This document shows, in pieces, positions 47,696 to 64,000 of a stretch of 64,000 bases of DNA (within the stretch, counting starts at the first letter, position 1; each line of letters begins with the position of its first letter). Location of the stretch: NCBI RefSeq assembly GCF_009914755.1, contig NC_060932.1; one strand, written 5' to 3'. Under the pieces are notes generated by a model. The model was given only the letters and a program-made list of their open reading frames with translations. It did no database searches and was not told where the DNA came from. Position numbers and translations under genes: made by a program. This DNA is from the human T2T-CHM13v2.0 reference genome, Homo sapiens.

Positions 47696-48150
47696 CAGCC
47701 CCATTTCTTATTTGAACTGTGCCACTGGGTAGCCAGCAGCAGATGAGAAGAAGCATCTCTTTCTAAGAGGGTGCCACAGAATAACTAAAACAGGAACGTT
47801 AGAGTCAGAATTGCATCATTGCAGCCCCTGATGAATTAATGGGCCTGGGCCTGGAGCATCAAGAGCTACTGACGTCACCAGGGGAGAGACAAGCTGGCCT
47901 TCCCGTGCCCTGCAGTGGGAACACAAGGCAACCTTTGGGCTCGCCAAGGGACTGAACAGGAGCCTGACGGAGCTTCTGGACCCAGCTGCCAATTTGCAGA
48001 GAACATAGAGGACAGAGGAGGGTGTCAAACAGCAGAGTGAACCTGAAGCAACACAATGCGGGCTGCAGGAAACGGCGAGGAAAAGACAGGGAGGGAGGCG
48101 CAGCCTGCAGGTGACTAGAGACTTATCAAAAGGCACATCAAAAATGTCTA

Positions 48151-48474
<324 letters not shown>

Positions 48475-48884
48475 CTACATTATCTAGAGAAGGATGGTTG
48501 GGTGATAAGCCTGTAAAACAAAACCCACAACGAGGCTATTTCCCTAAAAGTTAGGACACTGGTTGCTTAACAGCAGGCAGGGCTGTTATTGTACCTCAGG
48601 GGACTCAGGGGCAACAAAGTTCTCTTTCTTGGCCTGGAAGGCGGTTCAAAAGAATTCACTTTGTGATAATCACTAAGGTGCACACATGTTTTGTATGTTT
48701 CTCTGAGGCTGCGTGAAAAGGTGAGAAATGAGAGCTGTGCTGCTACCACAAATAATGAGAATATCAGAAAACCTGATTCAAGGCCAATGGAGTCACTAAC
48801 GACTCACTGGGGACCAGGGATGTCTTCCTGGAGGAGGTGGAATCGGAGCAGGGCTTCGGAGAGTGGACGGGATTTGGGGTAGAC

Positions 48885-49420
<536 letters not shown>

Positions 49421-50976
49421 GATCCGAGAACCACGCACAGATTAGAAATGGAGAAAAGCCTGAAACTCCCTGGAGGGTCTGAGCTTTGCAGACGCTCCCT
49501 CCTGCCCTTAGGTGTTAGTTCTGTGAGAGGCCGGCATGGCCACTGCCTGAGGTCCTCACAGGAGTCTGCTTCCTGCCCAGCCTTACCCTGGGTCTCACAG
49601 CCTGACCTCGGGCCTTCCTGCAGACCTGCCTGCTGTCCCAGCTGGAGCTCCTTCTCTCGAGAGGCCCTGTGACCCTGGCTGTGGCCAGAGCCGGGGTGCG
49701 GGATGGTCCCAGGCCTGATGGTGTCTGACCACGTGATCACACCCTCCCCAGACCGAGGAGGAACCTGGGGCTGGGAGGGAAGTGCCTTGCCCACAGCCAC
49801 ACGGAGGGCAGAAGCAGCCCTTCCCGGGCCCAGGCTGCTACTCGGCCCAGCCAGCTGCGTCTGACAGTGGCAGAGCTGCAGTGTCAGCGCCGGGAGGGCC
49901 CGCAGAGCCCCATGGGCAGGCTCTTATTTCACTGGTGGGGAGACTGAGGCCCTGGGGTGGGGGTTCCAGGCTAGTTATGGACAGAGCCAGACCAGAACTC
50001 AGATGTCCTTACTCCCAGGGTAGATGGGACCCTCGTTTGAGCATGTCATTATTAAGCCCCTGCGTTGTCCTAAGAGCTTTCTCTCATGTGTCCTTTCTGA
50101 GCACCTGCGGCGTCTATGCCACTCCACTGAGTTCTGTAAACCCCACCGGTAGGGGCAGAGGCCAGAGGGGTGGGTGACATGGTCAGCCTGCATCCCAGGG
50201 CACCCTGGACAGAGTGAACCAGAGGACGGGTGTGGAGTACGTAGCGGAACATCCTGAGAACTGCTACTCTCATGACCCTTGTGGCTACCATCAACCGTTT
50301 CAAGAGAGACTGCAGGGAGGCCCCACTGCTCCAGACCTGGGAGCCCCATGTTTCCAAGGCCCTGAGTTCCTCTATAAGTCCCAGGGGCAGGAGGAGGGGA
50401 CGTGGAAGGTTGAGCTCCCACGCCCACCCAGCTTCACTTGGATTTGCCTAAAACGTTCTTTGAAACAAAGAATTCTATTGTTTAAGACACTGTTCTCAAA
50501 CCAGGCACTGGGGCTGGAACCTGTGCCTTCTGGAATTCCCTGCCCTCTCGGAGGACTCCGAGACCTGGCTGCAGCCACCCCTGATTCTCCTGCACCGAGG
50601 AACACCCCGTGGGATGTGCTGGCCACTGATGGCTGACCTCTGTGCCGCCGTTGCCAAGGGTGGCCGGACTAAAGACACGCTTGTGAGAGCACCACGGGCT
50701 CCAGAGGAGTGGCTCCTGCTTCTGGGGGAGCAGCCAAAGCCTGCTCTGCGCTGCTTTGCAGAGACCTCTGAGCCAGCCAGGTGCTCCCAGGGGACGGGTG
50801 GGCCGCCGGCCTGCAGGTTATGCACAAAGCAAGGAAGTGTGACGCCACCAGAGGGAGGTAAACAGAAGGACGCTTCCTCTTTCGCTTCCACAGGCCTCCT
50901 GCCTGATCCAGAAGGTTCTCAAACTACAGAAATATTTCCCTCCCAGCCTGTACAGGGGCTCAGGTAGCACTTCTGA

Positions 50977-51610
<634 letters not shown>

Positions 51611-51611
51611 G

Positions 51612-52490
51612 CATTGAGTATGCATCATTTGTATGTGTTGGATACACTTCAAGTCTTCTCTTCTAGCTATTTTGAAATATACAGTAGTTGTTAACCAGAG
51701 TCACCCTACTCTGCTATCCAACGTTAGAACTTATTCCTCCTATCTAACTGTATGTTTGTACCGTTAGCCAACCTCTCTTCATTCCCCCACCCTCCTTTCC
51801 CTTCCCAGCCTCTGTTAACCAACATTCTACTCTCCACCTTCATGAGATCCACTTTTTTTGGCTCCCATGTACGAGTGAGAACGTGCCACATTTGTCTTTC
51901 TGTGCCTGGCTATTTCACTTAACACAATGACCTCCAGTTCCATCCACGTTGCTGCAAATGACAGGATTTTATTCTCATTTTATGGCTGGATAATATTCCA
52001 TTGTGTAAATATACCGCCCTTTCTTTATCTTTTCATCTGTTGGTGACACTCCGGTTGAGTCCGTATCTTTGCTGTTGTGAATAGTGCTGCAGTTGATGTT
52101 TATGCGGGTGCAAGCATCCCTTTAATAGATGGATTTTCTTTCCTTTAAATACCTGGTAGTGGGATTGCTGGATGGTTTGTAGTTCTACTTTCAGTTTTTT
52201 GAGAAATCTCCTTACTGTTTTCCATAATGGCTGTACTAATTTATGCTCCCACCAACCAGTGGATGAGTCCCTTTCTGTCCACATCCTTGCCAGCATCTGT
52301 TATTTTTTGCCTTTTTAATAACAGCCATTCTGGCTGGGGTGAGATGATATCACATTGCAGTTTTGATTTGCATTTCCCTGATGATAGTGATGTTGAGCAT
52401 TTTTTTCATATACCTGTTGGCCATTGTGTGTCTTCTTTTGAGAGATGTCTATTTGTCTATTTAGATCCTTTGCTCACTTTTTAATGGAAT
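51612..52490 (-). mobile_element. L1MA-type 3' end
   Basis: TTAGAACTTATTCCTCCTATCTAACTG, GACCTCCAGTTCCATCCA.GTTGCTGCAAATGACAGGATT. Confidence 0.88.
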
Positions 52491-52913
52491 TGTTTTAAAA
52501 ACAAACAAAACAGGTGAGAGGACACTGCTAGAATCACAGAGGTGAGCTGGGGGTGTCTTGATGGCTGAGAGCAGCTCACCCCCACCCCACCCACTTTACA
52601 GATGAGAAAACTGAGTCCCCGAGGGTTTAAGTGTTTAAACGTTTAACAGGTGATTGGTTGACATTGTGAACAGACAGGTTCTAGCACTGCAGCTTTAGGG
52701 GAGCCAGAAAGCCCTGCTTACTCCCAAATTGTTCCTCACTGTCCCATTGCAGAGAACATTTCCTTCACTAGCTTCTTCTCCTTTGGAGTGGCTGGGCCAG
52801 GACAGGAAGGACACCAGAGTCAGGAGGCCTTCTGTTCTGGCCTGGCTACTGACTCGGGCAAGCCGTGTTACCTCCCTGACCTCAGCCTCCTCCCCTAGAA
52901 AATGGGATGATGA

Positions 52914-54551
<1,638 letters not shown>

Positions 54552-55689
54552 CTGTATATGTAAATAGCTCAGCTTGGAGCCTGGCCCATAGTAGATGCTT
54601 AATGTCAAATTTTATAAGATAGAGATAAGAGTTATACCTTCTGCAGCCACTAGGATTAGAGTAGACAACATATAACAGAAAACCTCAAACAACATAAAAG
54701 CTGGTTTCTCTCACATTAAAAAATCTGGAACTACATAGTGTACGGCTAGGAGAGTTCCATGGTCACCAGAGACCCAGGCACCTTCTCTTTTTCTATTCTG
54801 CCATCCTTATCACCTTGTGGTACAGATTGGCTGCTGAAGATCCAGCCATCACATCTCAACTCCAGGGAGCAGGAAAGAGAAAGAAGGAAGAGTGTAGTAC
54901 ACAAGAACTTTCCTGGAGGCGTCACCAGTGGCAGCTTGCTCATTCCTGTTTTCCAGGGAGGCTGGCAAATGTCATTGGTTTCGCTGAGCATATTACCATC
55001 TGCAGTAATAGAAGGGTTCTGTTCACAGAGAGGAAGGGGAGCATGGATACCGGCATGAGACCAGGAGTGTCGGGCAGACTCTCCTCACAGAGCGACTTGG
55101 GAAATGAATCATTGTCATCAAGGTGTTTATTCACTGTAATCATATTTTAAAAAGGAGAAAAAACCATGATCTGGATATTGGAGAGGAAATTAAATTATAA
55201 TAGATTTGACAAAATGACTGTAACAAAATTATTTGTAAGTAGCCCAGAATAGTGTCAGGGTGAGGGTTTTGGAGCCCCGGCCCAGTTCCACGACTGTGAG
55301 CTCTCACAGCTTGTTTCCCTGCCTGTTCAATGGAGACCATGAAGAAGCAAGAATGACAGATGCCCCCTCCCACAATGCCCACTTGACATTTATGATCCCC
55401 TCTTGTGCCACGTGGTTCTGCCTGAGGGCTGTGTCTGGCCGGAGGAATGCTCTCCAGCAGCCCCTGGAGGACTGAGTGCACGTGCCAGGGAGCTGCGCCC
55501 AGGAGCCGCTCTTCATGTGGCCCCGGGTCATGGAGGATAAACACCCCAGCTCCCTCACTCCTTGTCGGGGGCAGCTCTGAGGCCAGCTCTGCAGCATCCA
55601 CCCGAGAGCCCCAGCAGACGGAGGCCAGCTGCTCACAGGACAGCTCTGCCCACGAACCAGGGAGACTAGCCGCCCTGGCTTGTCTAGGA

Positions 55690-55912
55690 GGGTCTCAGTT
55701 TTAGCATCCAAAGTCCCACATCCCAGAAAACTCTCTGGTCTGGGCAAAGCAGGCAGGTGGTCATTGTATCATGAACACACCCCTGCGGCTTCCCCCTTCT
55801 CCGTGCCCTTCCCCACTGCCCTCCCACTGCTCCCGGGGATCACTTCCCAAATAAACAGCTTGCATCTGGGATCCTGACTCACAGTGGGCTTCTGGGGAAC
55901 CCAGGCTAAGAT
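55690..55912 (+). mobile_element. ERVL LTR 3' end (LTR16-like)
   Basis: CACTTCCCAAATAAACAGCTTGCA...CTTCTGGGGAACCCAGGCTAAGA. Confidence 0.6.
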
Positions 55913-56006
55913 GGGCAGCCTCTGCCTTGCCCATCACAGGGTTTTTATTAGGGTCAAGTGAGCTTATAACGAGTCTGCACGTGCATGATAAAAATGAAGC
56001 ACTACT

Positions 56007-56370
<364 letters not shown>

Positions 56371-58174
56371 TCAAAACAGGCACATTTCACAGGGGAGATG
56401 AGTGAAAGAGTGAGATGGGGCAAGGCTATTTCTGGGAAGACCCAAGCCTGGTTTGGGGAGCTGGACATCCAGGGGCAGCGCGTGGGGACAGTGCCCCGGG
56501 CGCTGGGATGGAACACTCACGGCCGTGATACTCTGATGACCCATCCGTGTCCCTGTGAACGGCCGCATTGGGGTGAAACTGGGTTCAGGGCCCACTTTTC
56601 CCCATCCAGTTCTTTGGCGCATGGGTTTTCCAGCGCGGCAGGGGTCGTGTCCTTACCCCGGAGCCACTGATGGATTCCCGTGCCTTTCACTCACTCCCCG
56701 ACCACACCCACTGTTAGGTGATGGGACAGCTTCCAGTTCTCGCAGTCACCACGACCCTGGCTGTAAATATTTTGGGGCAGTAGCTCAGCTCCCGCCGTGA
56801 AGCTGGAGGAACCAGGTTTCGGACCAGGGCAGGTTGTGTCCCTTCCCTGGGCCTCAGTGTTCTCATCTCAGAAATGAGGACTGTTCTCCCCACTCTGAGG
56901 GTTGCTACGAGGGCTGCTCAATAGAAGCCCTGCTGGCGCAGGCTCTGAGGCTAAAGTTTCCTCCTGCCTTCTTTTCCATGCTTTTCCTGGGACATGTTCA
57001 CCAGCCAGGCCCCTTCAGTGCTCCTGGTGGGTGCAGGAGTTAGGACCGGGGAGGGGGGAAAGAACAGCGGCCTGGGAGCAAAGCCGGCAGCCCTGTCCAG
57101 GCTCAGCGCTCGGTGGGCAGAGCTGGCCCAGGCTTCTGCCCGGTGCCACTGCTCCTCCCCATGCCCCTTCCTGAAAAGGCACCAGGCTGGCAGAACTCAC
57201 CGGGCAGGGCTCCTCCACCACCTTGCTGGGCACAGCTTGGAGGTGGCAGCCGGTTTCTCGTGTAGATCTCCTTAAGTTGTGAGTGACAGAAATGAACATC
57301 ACCAAGGTCACCCCTCGGGACCCTCTGAGGACCCCTTGGGTGCTTCGGGGGTTTCTATCCCTCACTGGTTGAGGCTGCCCCTGGGGGCCTGAGGCCCTTG
57401 CACGTTGGTGCTTCCCGGGGCTAGGCTGAGCCAGCTCCTGAGATGTCACTAAGTCAACCCTCAGCTGGAGAGGCCGAGACTCGGTGCTGGGGTGAAGTTA
57501 TTGGTGTGCCAGGAGCTGTCCCTGCAGTGCAAGTGGCTCAGAGGTGGCCAAGGGCACCCCTGGCAGGACCTCACCTGTGTCTGCACAGCTACCAGGCCGT
57601 CACTGCTGAGCGGCAGAGTTCTCCTCCGGGCTTGGGTCCACATGCCCTTTGGGTGGCAGAGTCCTGCACTCCCAGCATGTCCCAGCCCACCCTGTCCTCA
57701 TGTCATCCCCCTCCAGGCCAGCCATTTGCAGGTCCCCGAGTAAACCAGGCTTGCCCACCCACATGCCTCTGCCAGGCACCTAGAGTGTCCTCAACCTGAC
57801 CCTCTTGCGTGGACACCAACTCCCCTTTGGAGACCTAGAGAAGCATATGCCCACTCGGGGCAGCCCTGCCCTCCTCCCCATCAGGCTGGGCCCCTGCAGC
57901 GTCCGGAGCCTGCTCCTGTCTGGGCCCTCAGTGCCTCACCTGGGGCCTGACAGGCGCCCCCTGAAAGTATTTGCTGAATAACTGATCGGTCCGTGCCTCC
58001 CAAACCTCCACATGTACATGCATCACCCGGGCATTGTTAACGTGATGCCGCGGGGCCTCGGGGAGGCCGGAGACCCTGAGACCCGGGTGAGATGGAGGCT
58101 GCTGGGCCGCTCCGGACCGCATTTTGGAGAATGAGCTGACAGAGGCTTTTCTTTCTTCTGAAGTTGCCTCTCTT

Positions 58175-58503
58175 TATTTTCTTGTTTTTGTTTTTTGGTT
58201 TGTTTTGTTGTTATAGTTGAGATAGGATCTTTCTCTGTCACCCAGGCTGCAGTGCAGGGTGCCGTCACAGCCCACTGTAGCCTCTCAGTTTCAATTGATT
58301 CTCCCACCTCAGCATCCTGAGTAGCTGGAACTATAGGTGTGTGCCACCACGGCTGGCTAATTTTTGTAGTTTCTTTTCTTCTTTTTTTGTAAAGACAGGG
58401 TTCCACCATGTTGCCCAGACTGGCCTTGAACTCCTGGACTCAGTAATCCTCCCAACTTGGCCTCCCAAAGTGCTGGGATTACAGGCGTGAGCCACCATGC
58501 CTG
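58175..58503 (-). mobile_element. AluJ-type
   Basis: Diverged reverse Alu. Confidence 0.9.
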
Positions 58504-59352
58504 TCCCCCTCTCTCTCCTTTCATCCCCTGGAAAACTCCTATTCAACCTTCAAGACCCCAGCCAAACAGTGACTCCTCAGTGAAGTCTTTCCTAATCTTG
58601 CTTCCTCCCTCTCCCGCCTAACCTGGCCAAGGCTGTATTCAGTGCAGCATAAGAGAATCAAATGCTTTCAAGTACACAGGGTGACACTGAGCGACTCGGA
58701 GCTTGTTCACCATTGAGTTGAGCTTGTGTTCGCTGTGCCGAGGATCATCTGTTCCCGATTTTTCAGGGAGCTCTGCACTGTCTTCCTGAGTCCTACTGGC
58801 ACCTCCCCTGGGCTGGTCCTGGGGATGGGGATGAAAGACACAGCTCCAACCTCAGGGAGTGCCTGGCGGTGGATGTGGGGCCAAGGCCCAGCGAGAGAGG
58901 GGATGGAACACAGGTGCCCGGCCTCTTCGCTGATTTCCTCTGGGTGCTGGTGCTTGGCTGTTGTGAGGCCCCAGGGTCCTGGCCCGGGGAGCGTGGCCGT
59001 GGCAGTGGAGGCCTCTTGGCATAGCAGCCCTGACTCCTTGTGGTCGTTTAACCTCCCCACTTCCTGCTGAGCCTCTGGAGAGAAGCGCCGATAACAGCAG
59101 GCTCCACCCCCAGGGCTCCATGGCAGGTGCTGCCTGGACTGGGGCAGCGGCTCCCTTGCAGGCCCTGCTGTGTTGAGGACAGTCCCTGTGGAGGTTGCTC
59201 GTGTTCCCAATTCCCTGCGAGGTTGGCCTCTTTCTGCCCATTATTCAGGTGAGGCTGCGGAGGCCAGAAAGGTGCCCAGCCTAGGGTGATACAGAGCCCC
59301 TGTGCGAGCCGAGTCAGCCTGGCCCTGAGCCTGTCCACCTCCACCCCACTCA

Positions 59353-60150
<798 letters not shown>

Positions 60151-60729
60151 CTGCAGGAGGGACGAATGAGTGGCTGGAGGTGCCCGTAGGGCCCTGGCCC
60201 CCAGCAGTGGCTCCTCCCCTTGAGCAGCAGCTCTTCTCCTCCTTTGCTCCCAGCCCAGCTTCCCAGGGGTCTCCTGGGCCAGATCCCAGAGAGAGACGGA
60301 GCCCACCTTGATGATCCAGGACACCCAGCGCAGGTTCCAGGGACCCCAGTCAGACACCACCGCTGGTCCAATCAGCTGTGACCGCGGCTGCAGGAGTGAG
60401 GGGATGTGGGAGGAGCAGGGTCTCCCCAAACAGATCCAGTGTAGCCTGCAGGAGTTGGGGTGTGAGCTTTTGAGGAGGGATACATGGGGAGCTGGGACCC
60501 CCAAGATGGATCTAGCACAGCCCTTCCTCTTGAGCTGTGCCCCGCTAAACAGCCTCTCAGACTGGAGGGTGTGTCCACACGACCACGGCAGGGGAGGTTG
60601 GGTGGAACCTGGGGTTCTGCATTTTTGACCGGCTTGGGCTGATGAGACACTGCTGGTCCTCAGACCTCACTTTGAGAAGCGAGGCCTTACAGCACCACTC
60701 AGAGTTTTTTTTAAAAGGAAAACTCAGTG

Positions 60730-62240
60730 TTTTATTCAACTGGGGAAAAGTTCACATAACAAAATTCACCATCAACCATTTTGACGTACACAGTTCAGTA
60801 GCACTTACTGCACTCACTAACTTCTATTGCCACCTCTATCCGGTTCCAAGACAGCTCCATCACCCCCGAAGGGGACCCCAAGCCCGCCAGCAGTCACCTC
60901 TCACTCCTCCTTCCCCCTAGCTCCTGGCAACCCCCAATCTACTTTCTATCTCTTTTCTCTGTCTATCCTGGATGTCTCCTATAAATGGAGGCATGCAAGG
61001 TGCGGGCATTTGTGGCTGGCTTCTTTCACTGGCCATGGTGTTTTCCAGGTTCACCCACGTTGTAGCGTGAGTCAGCCCTTCATTCCTTCACAGGGCTGAC
61101 TACAACCCCACTGTATGGAGATACCCGATTTCATGTGTTCATTTATCTGTTGATGGAAACTTGGGTAGTTTCCACATCGTGGCCATCATAAATAATGCTG
61201 CTATAAATGTTCCTGTACAAGTATCTGAAGACCAGTTTCAGCTCTTTTGGGTGTGAGAGATGCCTGCAACTCTTTTGGGTGTGAGATGCCTGTAGCTCTT
61301 TTGAGTGTGTGTGATGCCTGCAGCTCTTTTGAGTGTGAGAGATGCCTGCAGCTCTTTTGACTGTGAGAGATGCCTGCAGCTCTTTTGGGTGTGTGTGATG
61401 TCTGCAGTTCTTTTGGGTGTGTGAGATGCCTGCAGCTCTTTCGGGTATGAGATGCCTGCAGGTCTTCTGGGTGTGAGATGCCTGCAGGTCTTCTGGGTGT
61501 ATGAGATGCCTGCGGCTCTTTTGGGTGTGAGATGCCTGCGGCTCTTTTGGGTGTGAGAGATGCCTGCAGCTCTTCTGTGTGTGTGTGATGCCTGCAGCTC
61601 TTTTGGGTGTGAGAGATGCCTGCAGCTCTTTTGGGTGTGTGTGATGGCTGCAGCTCTTCTGGGTGTGTGTGATGCCTGCAGCTCTTTTGGGTGTGAGATG
61701 CCTGCAGCTCTTCTGGGTGTGTGTGATGCCTGCAGCTCTTTTGGGTGTGAGATGCCTGCAGCTCTTTTGGGTGTGTGTGATGCCTGCAGCTCTTTTGGGT
61801 GTGAGATGCCTGCAGCTCTTTTGGGTGTGTGTGATGCCTGCAGCTCTTTTGGGTGTGAGATGCCTGCAGCTCTTTTGGGTGTGTGTGATGCCTGCAGCTC
61901 TTTTGGGTGTGAGATGCCTGCAGCTCTTCTGGGTGTGAGAGATGCCTGCAGCTCTTTTGGGTGTGAGATGCCTGTGGCTCTTCTGGGTGTGAGATGCCTG
62001 CAGCTCTTCTGGGTGTGTAAGATGCCTGCAGCTCTTTTGGGTGTGTGATGCCTGCAGCTCTTTTGGGTGTGTGAAATGCCTGCAGCTCTTTTGGGTGTGT
62101 GAGGTGCCCGCTGTGGGACTGCTGGGACTGATGGCAGCTCTGTGTTTCACCCATTGAAGAACCAATGTTTTGAAAACCATGAATCTGCTCGCACCTCCCA
62201 TGTTTCATGAACATAGATTCCACACCTCTGTTTGGTAGCA
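60730..62240 (-). mobile_element. L1MB-type 3' region containing the VNTR
   Basis: ACATAACAAAATTCACCAT, CATTTATCTGTTGATGGAAACTTGGGT, then L1 resumes at TGAAGAACCAATGTTTT. Confidence 0.8.
61239..62110. repeat. VNTR, ~32 units of 26/28 bp GATGCCTGCAGCTCTTTTGGGTGT(GT/GA)1-2
   Basis: Directly visible tandem array. Confidence 0.97.
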
Positions 62241-62701
62241 GCATCATGCTCATCACGTGGATGTGGCCACTGGCATGGCTCATCCACAACGGCACCTTCT
62301 TGTGCCTGGTCAGTTGTTTTTAGGGTAAATTCCAACAGTGAAGGTGTAAGGTCAAGGTCAAGCCACTTGTGTTACATCACGCCTTCCCTCGGGAGGCTAC
62401 CAGGGCCCTCCCCTACTGGAATCCATCAGGCCCTGTTCCTCACATTCTCCACGTTCTTTTTCGTCCTTGTCAATGTCATAGCAGGAGACACATGGACTCT
62501 GGAGATATGAGTATGAAGTCAGCCTCTAAAAATGCTGATATGCACTTCTCTGCACAAATCTGGGTCATACATGGTGTTAATGATAAATTCTCTGGGTGCT
62601 GGGATTATAGGTGATTGCTGTTTGTTTTGCCAATTGTTTATATGTATTTTCCATTTTTTCTACAATGAATGTGTATTACTTGGGTAATAAAAATAAGTTT
62701 T

Positions 62702-62992
<291 letters not shown>

Positions 62993-63207
62993 GTTTTAAA
63001 CAATGAAGTGGGGATGTGCTTGGGGTCTCTCCTCACGGGAACCCATTAGAGGGCAGAGCTGATCCTGCCAGCCCATCTGCCCACCTTGGGTGGGTTTTGG
63101 GGGCACAAACCCATCCTTGCCCTTGGCTGTGAGGCTGTCCTGGCAGCGCCCGCCAGCAAGAAGGTGGCAGTGCTGGGAACATGGGCTGTCTGGGACCCTA
63201 AAACTCC

Positions 63208-64000
63208 GCTGGGTCACTGCAACCTCCACCTTCCTGGTTCAAGCGATTCTCCTGCCTCAGGCTCCCCAGTAGCTGGGACTACAGGTGCCTACCACCATGC
63301 CCGGATAATTTTTGTATTTTTAGTAGAGACGAGGTTTCACCATGTTGGCCAGGCCACCGCGCCCGGCCATGTTTACCACTTTTAAGTGTGCAGTTCAGTG
63401 GCATTAAGCACATTCATAACATCGTATGACCATCACCACCATCACCTCCAGAACGGCTTCATCTTCCCCGGCTGAAACTCCATCCCCACGAAACACTGGC
63501 TCCCCATTCCCCTCCCCCAGGCCCCGGCTCCCACCACGCTTCTCACTGTCTCTAGGGACTCAGGTGAGTGGAATCCCACAGCATCTGCTCTTTCCTAACT
63601 GGTTTCTTTCACAGAGCGCCGTGTCCTCAAGCTTCCGTCTTGTTGCAGCACGTACCAGAATTTCCTTCCTTTTTGAGGCTAATGCAAAAATTAGCTGGCA
63701 TGGTGGTATGCTCTTGCGGTCCCTGCCACTTGGGGGGCTGAGGTGGGAGGATCACTTGTGCCCAGGAGGTTGAGGCTGTAGTGAGCTGTAATCACACCAC
63801 TGCACTCCAGCTTGGGCCACAGAGCAGGACCCTGTCTCCAAAAAAAAAATAAAAATAAAAATAAAAAAAATATATATATATAAATATATATAAATATATA
63901 TATATATGGCTGGGTGCAGTGGCTCACACCTGTAATCCCAGCACTTTGGGAAGCTGAGATGGGGGGATCACCTGAGGTCAGGAATTCGAGACCAGCCTGG
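63208..64000. mobile_element. Partial Alu (-, 63208-63368), L1MB 3' fragment (-, to ~63680), AluJ right arm (+), (TA)n at 63870-63907, Alu start (+, 63908 to window end)
   Basis: Recognisable Alu/L1 motifs. Confidence 0.8.

Noticed and set aside
61239-62110. CRISPR-like appearance of ~27-bp repeats
   Set aside because: Units are head-to-tail with no unique spacers, there are no cas genes, and the context is human
61143-62295. 352-aa and 364-aa minus-strand ORFs with repeated Cys/His motifs
   Set aside because: They are translations of the VNTR, whose minus strand lacks stops. They are not zinc fingers and lie inside an L1 relic.

Overview
Human (primate) euchromatic DNA that is GC-rich and Alu-dense. 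An AluYa5 copy points to human origin. I see no protein-coding exon, RNA gene or processed pseudogene. The long ORFs in the track come from Alus, an LTR12, simple repeats, a VNTR or GC-rich chance, so the window reads as intergenic or deep intronic, and I could not place the locus. It is a layered mosaic of more than 40 Alus, old L1s, MaLR/ERVL/ERV1 LTRs and DNA transposons. The most notable items are: (1) a complete Ricksha-type MuDR transposon (17085-19311) with both TIRs, a perfect 9-bp TSD and captured ERV-L cargo; (2) two strong CTCF motifs in divergent orientation (29796-29814 on -, 38605-38623 on +) bracketing (3) an intact solo LTR12C promoter with a splice donor 10 bp past its end; (4) a near-consensus AluYa5; (5) an ~32-copy 26/28-bp VNTR grown out of an L1 3' region; (6) an ancient MER45B-like element that is unusually CpG-rich, beside an orphan CpG cluster. 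Repeat family names are from recalled consensus sequences and need RepeatMasker/Dfam confirmation. I found no convincing novel biological system.
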